From the IMG/VR virus record IMGVR_UViG_3300017766_001474, positions 1 through 31,714 of that record: a stretch of DNA of 31,714 nucleotides; one strand, 5' to 3'. Position numbers and translations under genes: made by a program. Numbering within the stretch: the first letter of the stretch is position 1; each line of letters opens with the position of its first letter. This stretch comes from a virus. Taxonomy: Duplodnaviria > Caudoviricetes. A model generated the notes under the pieces. The model was given only the letters and a program-made list of their open reading frames with translations, was not told the DNA's origin and made no database searches. Positions 1-8,516 of the stretch are shown in pieces.

Positions 1-809
1 CTGGTAGCCGCCGCCAGCAAAGGGGCCTCTGCGGCCCCCGCAGGGGCGTCTGGGAGGTCAAACAGGGGGCATAGGGCCCCCGGCAGCACCTCGACCTCAA
101 ACACCGCCTCGGCGGTGGGCCTGCGGGGCATGTAGAACAGCCTGGAGGTGTCCACGCAGCTCTGATCGTGGCTCAGGCCCAAGGCATGGGCCAGGGCCCC
201 GATCCGCTCGCGCCAGAGGGTGTTGGCAGCCTGCTGGCTGGAGTAGTCGCCAGAGATCCACGGGCGGGCCAGGGGCACCACCACCCGGAACTTGGGGCAC
301 GGGCTATGCTCGATGACGAGGTTGCGGACCTGCCCGTCTCGCGTCTCGTTGACGATCTTCGCGCCCCGCGCCACGCGCGGGAGGTAGCCTTTTTTCTCGA
401 TCAGGTAGCCCTCGACCGTCCGGCCGGTGGCTTCGCTCAGCCACTTCTCGGCGGGCGCTGCAGCGACCGACGTCTGCGTCTGCAGATGGTTGAACGTCGA
501 ATGAACGATTGCGCGCCACCCCTGCTTGCGCAGGGCTGCAGTGATGTCCTGCAGCGTCGCGCCGGTGTCTGAGTCGAGCACCGCCATGTCGATGCGCACG
601 GCCTGATCCATGCGGCGCGCGCCCCCGGAGAAGGTCGCGGGCGTGTAGCACGACCCCGTCTTCTGGCCGACGGATGGCGTGGACAGCATCTTCGCCAGTT
701 CGTCGAACGTGAGCGTACGCTGGTCAGTCCAGCGCGTCTCCATGTGCGAGCGGGCGCAGGTGATCGTGACCGTTTCACCGCCGGGCACTGCGGCTTGATC
801 GGTCATCAT
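1..809 (-). CDS. AEP-superfamily primase/primase-polymerase, N-terminal part (runs off left edge)
   Basis: Absent from the ORF track. Manual translation from ATG 809 (TAATG overlap with the upstream stop) is open to the window edge: MMTDQAAVPGG...AVLDSDTG...AIVHSTFNH...PKFRVVVPLARP...DQSCVDTSRLFYMP. DxD, HSTxxH, K/R-x-R-xxx-PL and D-x-S-R-x-x-Y-x-P are typical of phage AEP primase domains; last gene of a replication module. Confidence 0.8.
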   Translation of the reverse strand, partial: MMTDQAAVPGGETVTITCARSHMETRWTDQRTLTFDELAKMLSTPSVGQKTGSCYTPATFSGGARRMDQAVRIDMAVLDSDTGATLQDITAALRKQGWRAIVHSTFNHLQTQTSVAAAPAEKWLSEATGRTVEGYLIEKKGYLPRVARGAKIVNETRDGQVRNLVIEHSPCPKFRVVVPLARPWISGDYSSQQAANTLWRERIGALAHALGLSHDQSCVDTSRLFYMPRRPTAEAVFEVEVLPGALCPLFDLPDAPAGAAEAPLLAAAT

Positions 810-1054
810 TAAAACGGCGCGTACTTGGTCAGATAGGCGGCGATGATCGTCTCGATCAGGATCATCCACTCCGCCTCATCCATCTTCGCGATGTCGGTCT
901 TGCTGATCGCGTCGAGATAAACGCCCGCCGCTTCAGCGGCGTCGATCAGCGCATCAATCTGTTTTTGATTCCATTGCATCTCTTTGCCCACCCTGGTGAC
1001 ACGCGCGCCGGGAAAGGCGCGCATGATGGCTTTGATCGTCGGGTCGTTAGTCAA
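809..1054 (-). CDS. Small phage protein, DUF6511-like C-terminal part (start at TTG 1054 or ATG 979)
   Basis: AAEAAGVYLDAISKTDIAKMDEAEWMILIETIIAAY resembles the small proteins found after helicases in alphaproteobacterial phages. TTG 1054 overlaps the helicase stop; the track start 1219 overlaps the helicase too far. Confidence 0.6.
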   Translation of the reverse strand: MTNDPTIKAIMRAFPGARVTRVGKEMQWNQKQIDALIDAAEAAGVYLDAISKTDIAKMDEAEWMILIETIIAAYLTKYAPF

Positions 1055-2627
1055 ATTGATATCCAATGATGTCGAAGTACTGACCGCTCGGACGCACGCG
1101 AATGTTTTTTGGCGCCCGCAGATTGCGCGACAGTCTAACGGCCTCCGCTGCGATCTTCGGCATCGGAATTGGCGAACGGTTCTTCCACCAAACAGCCGCC
1201 TTATCGCCGGGGAAGCCACTGTGCTGCACGCAGATCCACTCTCGATACTGTTGGATGCCGCACTGATACGTCACCCGCATGGACGGCGTCTTGCCCTCTT
1301 TTTCGTGCAAGGCATAAGACACGCCATTGACAGGCAGCCACTCCGACTTGATCTGCGTCGATAGAAGCGCCCCGGTGTCGCTTTTGCCAGAGAACTTAAC
1401 GGTGACGGGGAACACAAAGGCGCACGTGGGGCACACCTTTGCGGCCAGAGCGCAAAGTGTATGACATGACGGACATTCCTTCGCCATGGCATCGCCCTTT
1501 TCACCGCTCTTGGCGGGCGGGGCTTTGATGCGAGCGTTGATCGTGTCTACGGGTCCATGCCGGTGCGTGTTGGTGGCGAAGTCAAGAACGATGCAGTCGT
1601 CCTTGCCCTCCGCGATGCGCGTTCCGCGGCCGAGCATCTGCACGTACAGGCTCTGGCTCTTCGTCGGCCGCAGCATGCCGATCATATCGACGCCGGGAGC
1701 GTCGAAGCCGGTGGTCAGCACGTTCATGTTGGTGACGCAACGGATGCTGCCGTCCTTGAAGCCGCGCAGGACGCGGTCGCGCTCCGGCGCGGGCGTCTCT
1801 CCAGATACCATCTCGCAGCTAATGCCATGCTCGCGCACGACGTCGCGGATCGCCTTGGCGTGGCTCACGCCGCAGCAGAAGATCAGCCAGGAGCCGCGAT
1901 CTTCGCCAGCGGACACCAATTCGGCGACTGCCGCGCGATTGACCTCATCGATGTTCACCGCGTCCTCAAGCTCCTTCGCGATGAACTCGCCGCCGCGCGT
2001 GTGAACGCCCTTCACGTTCAGGCGTGTCTTCGTCGCCTTTGGGATCAGCGGAGACAAGTAGCCTTGCTCGACCATCTTGAGGATCGGCACGTCATAGGCA
2101 ATGTCGGTGAAGATCGCGCCTTCGCCCCCGCAAAGCAGGCCCTGATCCATGCGGTACGGCGTGGCCGTGAAGCCGATCACCTTCAGCTCTGGATTGATCT
2201 CGCGGAGCTGCTTGAGGAAGGTGCGGTACATGCCGGTGTCGCCGGTGCCCAGAAGGTGGGCCTCGTCGATCAGCACAAGATCGCAGCGCTGCACTTCATA
2301 AGCGCGCTTGTAGATCGACTGGATGCCAGCGAACACGATCTGCTGATCGAGATCGCGACGGTTCAGACCGGCGCTGTAGATGCCGGCCGGAGCCTCCGGC
2401 CAAGACCGGAGCATCGCATTGAAATTCTGTTGGATCAGCTCGCGGACGTGCGTCAGGACGATGACGCGCGTGTCACTCCACGTGTTCAGCGCGCCGCGCA
2501 GGAACTCCGCGATGACGACAGACTTCCCGGTGCCGGTCGGCATGACCACCAGCGGGTTGCCGGTGTTTTTCTGGAAGTAGTCGTAGATCGCATTGATGGC
2601 CTCAGTTTGATACGCACGCAATTCCAT
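1047..2627 (-). CDS. SF2 DEAH helicase, RadD/YejH-like, with C-terminal zinc ribbon
   Basis: Q motif LRAYQ, Walker A PTGTGKS, DEAH, TAT, LTTGFD, QMLGRGTR, CPSC...CPTC. Start moved to ATG 2627 (MELRAYQ). Confidence 0.93.
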   Translation of the reverse strand: MELRAYQTEAINAIYDYFQKNTGNPLVVMPTGTGKSVVIAEFLRGALNTWSDTRVIVLTHVRELIQQNFNAMLRSWPEAPAGIYSAGLNRRDLDQQIVFAGIQSIYKRAYEVQRCDLVLIDEAHLLGTGDTGMYRTFLKQLREINPELKVIGFTATPYRMDQGLLCGGEGAIFTDIAYDVPILKMVEQGYLSPLIPKATKTRLNVKGVHTRGGEFIAKELEDAVNIDEVNRAAVAELVSAGEDRGSWLIFCCGVSHAKAIRDVVREHGISCEMVSGETPAPERDRVLRGFKDGSIRCVTNMNVLTTGFDAPGVDMIGMLRPTKSQSLYVQMLGRGTRIAEGKDDCIVLDFATNTHRHGPVDTINARIKAPPAKSGEKGDAMAKECPSCHTLCALAAKVCPTCAFVFPVTVKFSGKSDTGALLSTQIKSEWLPVNGVSYALHEKEGKTPSMRVTYQCGIQQYREWICVQHSGFPGDKAAVWWKNRSPIPMPKIAAEAVRLSRNLRAPKNIRVRPSGQYFDIIGYQFD

Positions 2628-3345
2628 GGCATCGCTCTTTGTAGTGACACCACTTGCAGACATACCAGCTTGGATCGTTTGAGACTTTGGCAACGGGGAC
2701 ATGTGCATTGATAATTCTCTCAGCTCGATTGCGGATGGTTTCAAATGCAGACGGATCAAACTCAGTACAGACGGCTTCCCATTCTCGTGCGCCGGGTGAA
2801 CAGACAGTCAGGTAATGGCGATAGATTTGCGTGTATCCCATGTAAGCCTGCGCCTGCGCATAGTAGGTAGCATCCCACTTTTGCAGGGTGCCTTCTTCTC
2901 CATGCTCTCGTCGCAGCTTGCAGAACTTGCTGTATTTATCTTCGTTGACCGCCTTCGCTTCCCAGACGTGCCAGACCTGTGGATCGGATACTAGGCCGAT
3001 GATCAGGCCATCTAGGTGACCGGCAAACTGGCCGTCGAAGTCGCTGATCTCAAATTGCTCGCCGGTGTCCGCGTCTTCCGTGCGCAGCACGACGCCCGGC
3101 ACAAGCCGCAGGCGGTCGGCGAGGATGCGCTCGCAGGCGTGACCGTCTTCGATGCGCATCAGCGCAGAAGCGGGAAGAAATTCGGGCAGAGGATCATGGT
3201 AGCTGTACCAGAGCTTGCGCTCGCAATCGCCGCCGATCTGAGACATGCCGAGATACGAACGGGGTGCCCGCCCCTGTGCGTTCTCCTGCATGGCTTGGTT
3301 GGCTGCCATCACGGTTGGATCTGGCAAGTGTGGTAACGCCACCAT
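2602..3345 (-). CDS. Cas4-like PD-(D/E)XK exonuclease with putative Fe-S cysteines
   Basis: YLGMSQIGGDCERKLWY, GH, GHLDG, WEAK, QAQAYM, CKWCHYKERC; GGAGAGG RBS upstream. Confidence 0.88.
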   Translation of the reverse strand: MVALPHLPDPTVMAANQAMQENAQGRAPRSYLGMSQIGGDCERKLWYSYHDPLPEFLPASALMRIEDGHACERILADRLRLVPGVVLRTEDADTGEQFEISDFDGQFAGHLDGLIIGLVSDPQVWHVWEAKAVNEDKYSKFCKLRREHGEEGTLQKWDATYYAQAQAYMGYTQIYRHYLTVCSPGAREWEAVCTEFDPSAFETIRNRAERIINAHVPVAKVSNDPSWYVCKWCHYKERCHGIACVSN

Positions 3346-3366
3346 GATACCTCTCCCCCGAGACGC

Positions 3367-3852
3367 TTAGGCTCGCTTACGCCATGCAGGCGTTACTGGC
3401 GCAGTAGCCGAAGCGCTGGTTGCGGTGGGCGGGGACATCTTCGATGGCTTGTATCCCTTCACCTCGTTCTGTGCATCGCGCTCAATCCCCATCTTGTCTG
3501 GACCGGCGGGGCGTACCTTCACAACAGCAATAAGCGGCAGATGATGCAGCTCTTCGCTGTTCTTGACCTTCATCTTGCCGACGGCCTTGGTGATCGCACC
3601 AAGCGTGCCGTGCGCAATCTGGGCCGCCTTCTCGTTGTCGTTGAACAGGTTCAAGCGGTCGAAGATGCGGCGCTCTTTGTACTGCCCGTCCTGCACGGCC
3701 AACTCGAGCCACAGGTACTTGCCGTTGCCAGACTTCGTCGAACGCATCTCGCTGTTGACGATCATCACCTCGTAGTCGCCCGGAGGCAGAACCTCAAACG
3801 GCGTGTTGATCTCGACTGTGCTTGCATCAAATTCAAATCCAAGGTCTGCCAT
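3367..3852 (-). CDS. DUF669-family putative single-stranded DNA-binding protein
   Basis: FEVLPPGDYEVMIVNSE...GKYLWLELAVQDGQYKERRIFDRLNL...NEVKGY and C-terminal PAWRKR; ATG 3852 directly follows the ATPase stop. Confidence 0.85.
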   Translation of the reverse strand: MADLGFEFDASTVEINTPFEVLPPGDYEVMIVNSEMRSTKSGNGKYLWLELAVQDGQYKERRIFDRLNLFNDNEKAAQIAHGTLGAITKAVGKMKVKNSEELHHLPLIAVVKVRPAGPDKMGIERDAQNEVKGYKPSKMSPPTATSASATAPVTPAWRKRA

Positions 3853-3853
3853 G

Positions 3854-4612
3854 TTAGTTGCCTTTCTGGTTGTAGTACGGGATGCCTTTTGCGAACTCTT
3901 CCCACAGCATTGGAATGGTCGGTTGCAGGTTGAAGCGTTGCTTTGCCAGATACGCCGGACGTTCTTCGGTCTGCAGGATGCGATCACCACCGCCTACGGC
4001 GCGCGTGACCTTTTTCCCAAAGCCTTGGTCCGACTTTACTGTCGAAACGCGGTACGTGGCAAACGCGACCACGTCTGACACCTCCTGAAGCAAGCTGGAA
4101 GCACCCTTGTGGATCTTCGGGATGTAGCGGTCGTACGGCTCGTTGTCCGGCGCGTCGTAGCGCTGCACTTGCGAGTGCGCCAGCATCAAAACCGTCATGT
4201 CGCGTTCATCGCGTAGAGCGCGCAAGCCGTCCAGAAGCAAGCGCCAGTGATCGAGAGCGGCTGCGTAGCCCCGCCCGTAACCTGGAGACTCGATGCTGGT
4301 CCAGCCGTTGTCCTTACACGCTTGCGCCCAAACCAACGGCTCAAGGTGATCCATGCTATCGATGACGGCGGTCTTGTATGGATGCTCTTCGCCGTAAAGC
4401 GCCCCAATGCCATCCATTACGTCGCTGAACGACTTCAGCAATCCGAATGTGGGCTGCTCGATCAAGCCAAGACCGTCCTCGGTCTGGATGAAGATCGGAT
4501 CGGGAGCGGAGGCAGCGAACGAAGTCTTGCCGACGCCGTGCGTGCCATAGATCAGACAGATCGGCGGTACGGATCGCGTGTTAGTTTTGACGTTTGCTAG
4601 GGAGATGCTCAT
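3854..4612 (-). CDS. AAA_24 / Sak4-like ATPase (single-strand annealing recombinase)
   Basis: Walker A YGTHGVGKT, FIQTEDG, Walker B VIDSMD, GYGRGY, LAH, AKQRF; adjacent to a DUF669 SSB as usual for Sak4. Confidence 0.9.
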   Translation of the reverse strand: MSISLANVKTNTRSVPPICLIYGTHGVGKTSFAASAPDPIFIQTEDGLGLIEQPTFGLLKSFSDVMDGIGALYGEEHPYKTAVIDSMDHLEPLVWAQACKDNGWTSIESPGYGRGYAAALDHWRLLLDGLRALRDERDMTVLMLAHSQVQRYDAPDNEPYDRYIPKIHKGASSLLQEVSDVVAFATYRVSTVKSDQGFGKKVTRAVGGGDRILQTEERPAYLAKQRFNLQPTIPMLWEEFAKGIPYYNQKGN

Positions 4613-5148
4613 TTCTTTGCCTTCTCAATTTTGAATGTCTGCTTTCCAGTGCTGACTGTGCGTGCTGGTGCGAACATGGTTTGCAACGATGTTGGCCATG
4701 CTTTGTATTTAGCTTCGCTGACCTTGATGACCGTCGTGACGTAGTCCTCGATGGGTTCGCCCATCGACTTCAACGCCTCAACGGTCAAGGCCAGACGGTC
4801 CTGATCCCATTCCACCTCCTTTGGCATGTCGGCGACCACAACGTGGTCATCGTATGGCAACCGGACGGTGCCGGTGTCCTTGCCCGCCTCGCGGCGGGCT
4901 TTGTCGGCTGATGCTGCGAATTTTTCCAGCAGCACTGCGTACAGTGCCGCGTCGAGCTGTTTCAATTCTTGCCGCTTGGCGGCCAGCTCTTCCATGAGCA
5001 TGGAAATCTGCTCCACCGGGAGGGACGCACCCTCTTTGGCTGGCATGTGCAGTAGATCCGACAGGCTGACGCTGTTCTTGCGGCCAAGCGGAACTACCCG
5101 CTGATCGGCGGCGTCTGTCGGGGCAGCTATGTCAGGGGGAAGTCTCAT
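4609..5148 (-). CDS. Conserved phage protein upstream of Sak4-like ATPase
   Basis: AGKDTGTVR...DMPKEVEWDQ...KVSEAKYKAWP...FAPARTV; ATG 5148 preceded by GAGGATAGG; ATGA overlap with the next gene. Confidence 0.75.
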   Translation of the reverse strand: MRLPPDIAAPTDAADQRVVPLGRKNSVSLSDLLHMPAKEGASLPVEQISMLMEELAAKRQELKQLDAALYAVLLEKFAASADKARREAGKDTGTVRLPYDDHVVVADMPKEVEWDQDRLALTVEALKSMGEPIEDYVTTVIKVSEAKYKAWPTSLQTMFAPARTVSTGKQTFKIEKAKK

Positions 5149-5164
5149 CCTATCCTCATACAAT

Positions 5165-5244
5165 TCAATCTAGATCGTGCATTCTGCATCAATCTAGGAT
5201 TGTGTCAACCCGTTGTTGACCAGCGCAAATGGACCGCCTAGAAG
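5165..5244. promoter_or_regulatory. Divergent promoter region with operator-like repeats
   Basis: Leftward TTGACA (5203-5208) + 16 nt + CAGAAT; rightward TTGACC (5216-5221) + 17 nt + TAGAAG; direct repeat TCAATCTAG at 5165-5173 and 5189-5197; palindrome CAATC-TAG-GATTG at 5190-5202. Confidence 0.55.
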
Positions 5245-5273
5245 TGGTGTATAACGATTGGAAACGGGTCCAA

Positions 5274-5549
5274 ATGCGCTTTGTCTTTACCTTGAATATG
5301 CCCTCAAACCGGGGCAAGGCCATCCACCAAGTCATCGGCGATCACCCGGCAAAGGACGAGCAGGAATTGCTCGAGGCCCTATGCGAGGCTGAGTTCGTGA
5401 TGGTGGAACAGCTCTACAACATGAACAACGAGAACGACGGTGGATACGATTGGCAGCCGCGCGGGCCGCTGATCATCAACACCTCGTGGATCGGCAAGGT
5501 GCAACGCCAGCACCCCGCCGACCGCAAACGCTCGCCTATGGATTACTGA
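5274..5549 (+). CDS. Hypothetical phage protein (only credible plus-strand gene)
   Basis: MRFVFTLNMPSNRGKAIHQVIGDHPAKD...INTSWIGKVQ fills the gap between modules, reads like a globular protein and follows a putative rightward promoter. Confidence 0.75.
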   Translation: MRFVFTLNMPSNRGKAIHQVIGDHPAKDEQELLEALCEAEFVMVEQLYNMNNENDGGYDWQPRGPLIINTSWIGKVQRQHPADRKRSPMDY

Positions 5550-6237
5550 CGCGCCATCCGCCCGACGCGCCCTGGTACACCAAGGCGAAGCTCTGGCTAT
5601 TGATGTTGCAGGTCAGATCAGAAGCTGCGCCTTGGATCAGGTTGCCGTTGCGCGCGACCGTGAGGTTGTTCGTCGCGAACGTGCCGAGTGCGTCCAGGAT
5701 GCCGACGTAGTCGCCCGCAGCCGGTGACGCTGGCAGGGTCAACGTGACGACACCGCTCGTAGTGTCAACGATGTACCCCATGCCAGCGACGGCGTTCGTG
5801 TTCGTGGAGATGTTTTCCCACGTGAAGCCGTCGCTGGTGTAGCGCGGCGTGGACAGGCGCACGTTCGTGCCGTCGCAGAACACGATGGAGTTGCCCGCAT
5901 CGAGAGCAAGGCTCGTGCCGCCGCCATCGGAGGAGATGGTGAGCGCGTACGCGCCGGTGGCGGTGTTTCGCACCGTCCACTGGCCACCGATGCCGGAGGG
6001 GATCTCGTACGTGACGTTGTCGGTCAGCACGCCACTGAAATCGAAAAAGGCAGGCTGGTAGTCGGCATCGGTCAGAACAACCGTGCCCGACTGACCCGTC
6101 ACGTTGAAATAGGTGGTCGCGCCAAAGGCCGCGTCGATAATGTCCCAGTCATCGTTGACCGGCGTGTTCCACGTATCGACATACGAGTTCAGCGCTGGCT
6201 TCTCGATGTTTTTGTTTGTCGTGTATGAACTGGGCAT
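5536..6237 (-). CDS. Short tail fibre / fibre-connector protein
   Basis: N-terminus MPSSYTTNKNIEKP...TWNTPVNDDWDIID resembles podophage fibre anchors; C-terminal TLTLPASPAAGD...TNNLTVARNG module is shared with the long fibre. Confidence 0.78.
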   Translation of the reverse strand: MPSSYTTNKNIEKPALNSYVDTWNTPVNDDWDIIDAAFGATTYFNVTGQSGTVVLTDADYQPAFFDFSGVLTDNVTYEIPSGIGGQWTVRNTATGAYALTISSDGGGTSLALDAGNSIVFCDGTNVRLSTPRYTSDGFTWENISTNTNAVAGMGYIVDTTSGVVTLTLPASPAAGDYVGILDALGTFATNNLTVARNGNLIQGAASDLTCNINSQSFALVYQGASGGWRVSNP

Positions 6238-6245
6238 GGCTGACC

Positions 6246-8510
6246 TCAGATCGCCTTGTTAGCCGCGGCAAGAGCCGTGGCGATTTCGTCGTCGTGCTTC
6301 TGCAGGAGCGGCTCAGTGCGCCGACCGAGATCCTTCTTCCTGCTCTCGGCCATCTGCACCAGCTTCGCCGCCATCGCCGCGTGGTTCATGCCGGTGCGCC
6401 CGCCGGAAGCGCGTTGGATGCGACCACCGGTGGCGGCTGTGGCTGTGCCGCCCATGATCTTGCGCACGTAGTCCTGCGTCTCGCGCGGAAGGTAGGCAAG
6501 GTAGTTCCCACCCTCCGACCGCGCGCGCTGCATCGCACGCCTCACGGCGCCGGGGCCGGCATTGTAGGCCGCCAGAGCGGCCGTGTTGTCGCCGCCAAAG
6601 TCAGCGAGCTGCTTCTTGAAATACGCCCTACCGAGACGGCGGTTGTACGCCTCATCAGTGCGCAGTCGCTCTGGATCCCACTTCTCACCGGCAAGCGCTG
6701 CCGCTTCAGGACCGGTCGTCGGCATGATCTGAGCGATGCCGACCGCGCCTTTAGGCGACGTCACCGGCTCGCCGGTGCTTGTGAACTGCTTCCCGCCGCT
6801 CTCGGCCTGTAGCTGACGGCGCTCCAGGTCGTCGGCCGACCCGACGGGTTCCGACGTAGTCGGGCTTTCTGCCATTGCGGTCGATTCAGCACCGCGAGCG
6901 GCTATCGGCGCCAGTTGACCGGCGCGTCGGCCAGCCTTGCTCAAATGATAATTCAACTCACCAGTGAGCCTCGGAGAAGATGCCAAAGCGCTGGCCGCGA
7001 GGTGCGGGAGAAGTTGCGGCTGAAACAAGACGGCATTGATGCCGCCATATTTTGCAGCCTCGCCAAGCAAACCGCCGCGCGTCCACGGGCTCATTGCCGC
7101 GCCTGCGAGCATGAATTGAATCTCAGGGTTCTTCTCAACCAGCTTGTTGAGAAGGTTTTCGCCTTTCCCGGTTTTCACACTGCGCAGCATCCTGGCAAGA
7201 CCTGCGCTGGCGGCTCCGGTAGATGCTTTGCCGGTAAGCGTTCTCTCAAGATCGCGCATCTCAGCAAGATGATGCTGCCACTTCTCCATCAGGTTGACAT
7301 ACTCGGGGCTGATTTTCGTCAACTCTTGCTTGGCTGCGTTGTAAACCTTCATGGCGGGGCTGCCGCCGGTTGTGTCATTCAGACTGTCGCCGATATCCCA
7401 AATAGCTCGTTTCAATTTGTCAAAATCTTCAAAGTCAAGAGAAGGACCCGCTTTAGCCTGAGCGACGAGTTTTTTGACCTCATTCAAAATTTGCTGCTGC
7501 TTTGGAAAAGCAGCAGATAGGGTCTGACCGCCGAATTGCAGGTTTTTTTCTGCCTCGGCAATTGCCTGATCAATCAAAACAAACGACGGCGTCTTTGCCG
7601 CAGCGGCCTGACCAGCTTTTTTTGTCCTAAACTCGTTACTAGCTTCGTCGCGCAAGGTTCTGGCCGCCGCTTGCGCAGACTGGAACAGGTCAACTGGATC
7701 GCCTTGACCCTCTTTGAATTTATTGAACACGTCGCGAAGTCGTTCACCTTCGCGCGCTAATGCCGCAGAAGAAGCCCCCTTCAGTCGCGCCGCAGCCGCT
7801 TCCGACGGCGCAGCGCGCCCGGCGAGAGATGCTGTTTTTTGCAGAGACATTGGCACGCCGCTCGCTCCTGCCAGTCCTGCTCTGACCACCGGGGAGACAA
7901 CTGAAGTTGCTGTTTTGCCTGCAAGCGTAAGTGCGGCATCAACAGGGCTCGCCATCCGCGCGGCGCGAATTGCGGTTGCGGCAGCACCGCCGCCGCCTGT
8001 CGGGATGAAGGAAAGCGGCGTTGTCAGGTCCATCAGAACAGTGGCGGGATCTGTAGACAGAGCTTTATAGAAACCCTTCTTTGATCCGTACGTCTCTTTG
8101 TAATGAGACATCAGAGCATCAAGGATGGCATCACCCTGCGCTTTTTCCTCTGGCGTTTGATCGATCACGCCAGCGCGGCCGAGTGCGGCGGAACCTAGTG
8201 CGCCAAGCGCTTTGCCTGTCTGAATCGGATGCGCAACTGCAGTGCCGATGTCTTTTAGGACACGACCAGTACTCGGAATGATGTTCTTCGCAGCACCGCG
8301 AGCTGCTTCCTCAAATGTCATCTCTGGCTCTTCGGGCGCGGTTGCGCCGCGCACGGGACGCGGCTCGCGTTGAATTGCGTCCGTTCCCCCTGAAACAACC
8401 GTGTTTAAGTTCGGAGAAAATTCTTCTTTTTTTTGAGCAACTTTTTCTTGAGATGAAAAAAATCCACCACCGACCTTCTCTAAACTTGGAGCAAATTCTT
8501 CTTTAGCCAT
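6246..8510 (-). CDS. Internal virion (ejection) protein with C-terminal lytic transglycosylase (SLT) domain
   Basis: SLT motifs AESGG, SPKGAVGIAQIMP, ALAAYNAGPG, ETQDYV; helical Ala-rich N-terminal region; follows another large internal protein. Confidence 0.88.
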   Translation of the reverse strand: MAKEEFAPSLEKVGGGFFSSQEKVAQKKEEFSPNLNTVVSGGTDAIQREPRPVRGATAPEEPEMTFEEAARGAAKNIIPSTGRVLKDIGTAVAHPIQTGKALGALGSAALGRAGVIDQTPEEKAQGDAILDALMSHYKETYGSKKGFYKALSTDPATVLMDLTTPLSFIPTGGGGAAATAIRAARMASPVDAALTLAGKTATSVVSPVVRAGLAGASGVPMSLQKTASLAGRAAPSEAAAARLKGASSAALAREGERLRDVFNKFKEGQGDPVDLFQSAQAAARTLRDEASNEFRTKKAGQAAAAKTPSFVLIDQAIAEAEKNLQFGGQTLSAAFPKQQQILNEVKKLVAQAKAGPSLDFEDFDKLKRAIWDIGDSLNDTTGGSPAMKVYNAAKQELTKISPEYVNLMEKWQHHLAEMRDLERTLTGKASTGAASAGLARMLRSVKTGKGENLLNKLVEKNPEIQFMLAGAAMSPWTRGGLLGEAAKYGGINAVLFQPQLLPHLAASALASSPRLTGELNYHLSKAGRRAGQLAPIAARGAESTAMAESPTTSEPVGSADDLERRQLQAESGGKQFTSTGEPVTSPKGAVGIAQIMPTTGPEAAALAGEKWDPERLRTDEAYNRRLGRAYFKKQLADFGGDNTAALAAYNAGPGAVRRAMQRARSEGGNYLAYLPRETQDYVRKIMGGTATAATGGRIQRASGGRTGMNHAAMAAKLVQMAESRKKDLGRRTEPLLQKHDDEIATALAAANKAI

Positions 8511-8516
8511 GATGAA

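Noticed and set aside
297-485. Primase insertion as an intein
   Set aside because: Too short and lacks a C/S start with an HN end.
1557-2711. 384-aa plus-strand ORF, and similar long antisense ORFs (10263-11315, 22711-23766, 25715-27037, 27037-27933)
   Set aside because: They lie opposite well-supported genes, show no recognisable motifs and are expected shadows of GC-rich codon usage.
2602-3345. Cas4-like gene as evidence of CRISPR-Cas
   Set aside because: No repeat-spacer array or other cas genes; the context is a standard phage recombination module.
5539-5823. Shared fibre C-termini as a diversity-generating retroelement TR/VR pair or invertible cassette
   Set aside because: Both copies are coding and in the same orientation, differences are not adenine-specific, and no reverse transcriptase or invertase is present in the window.
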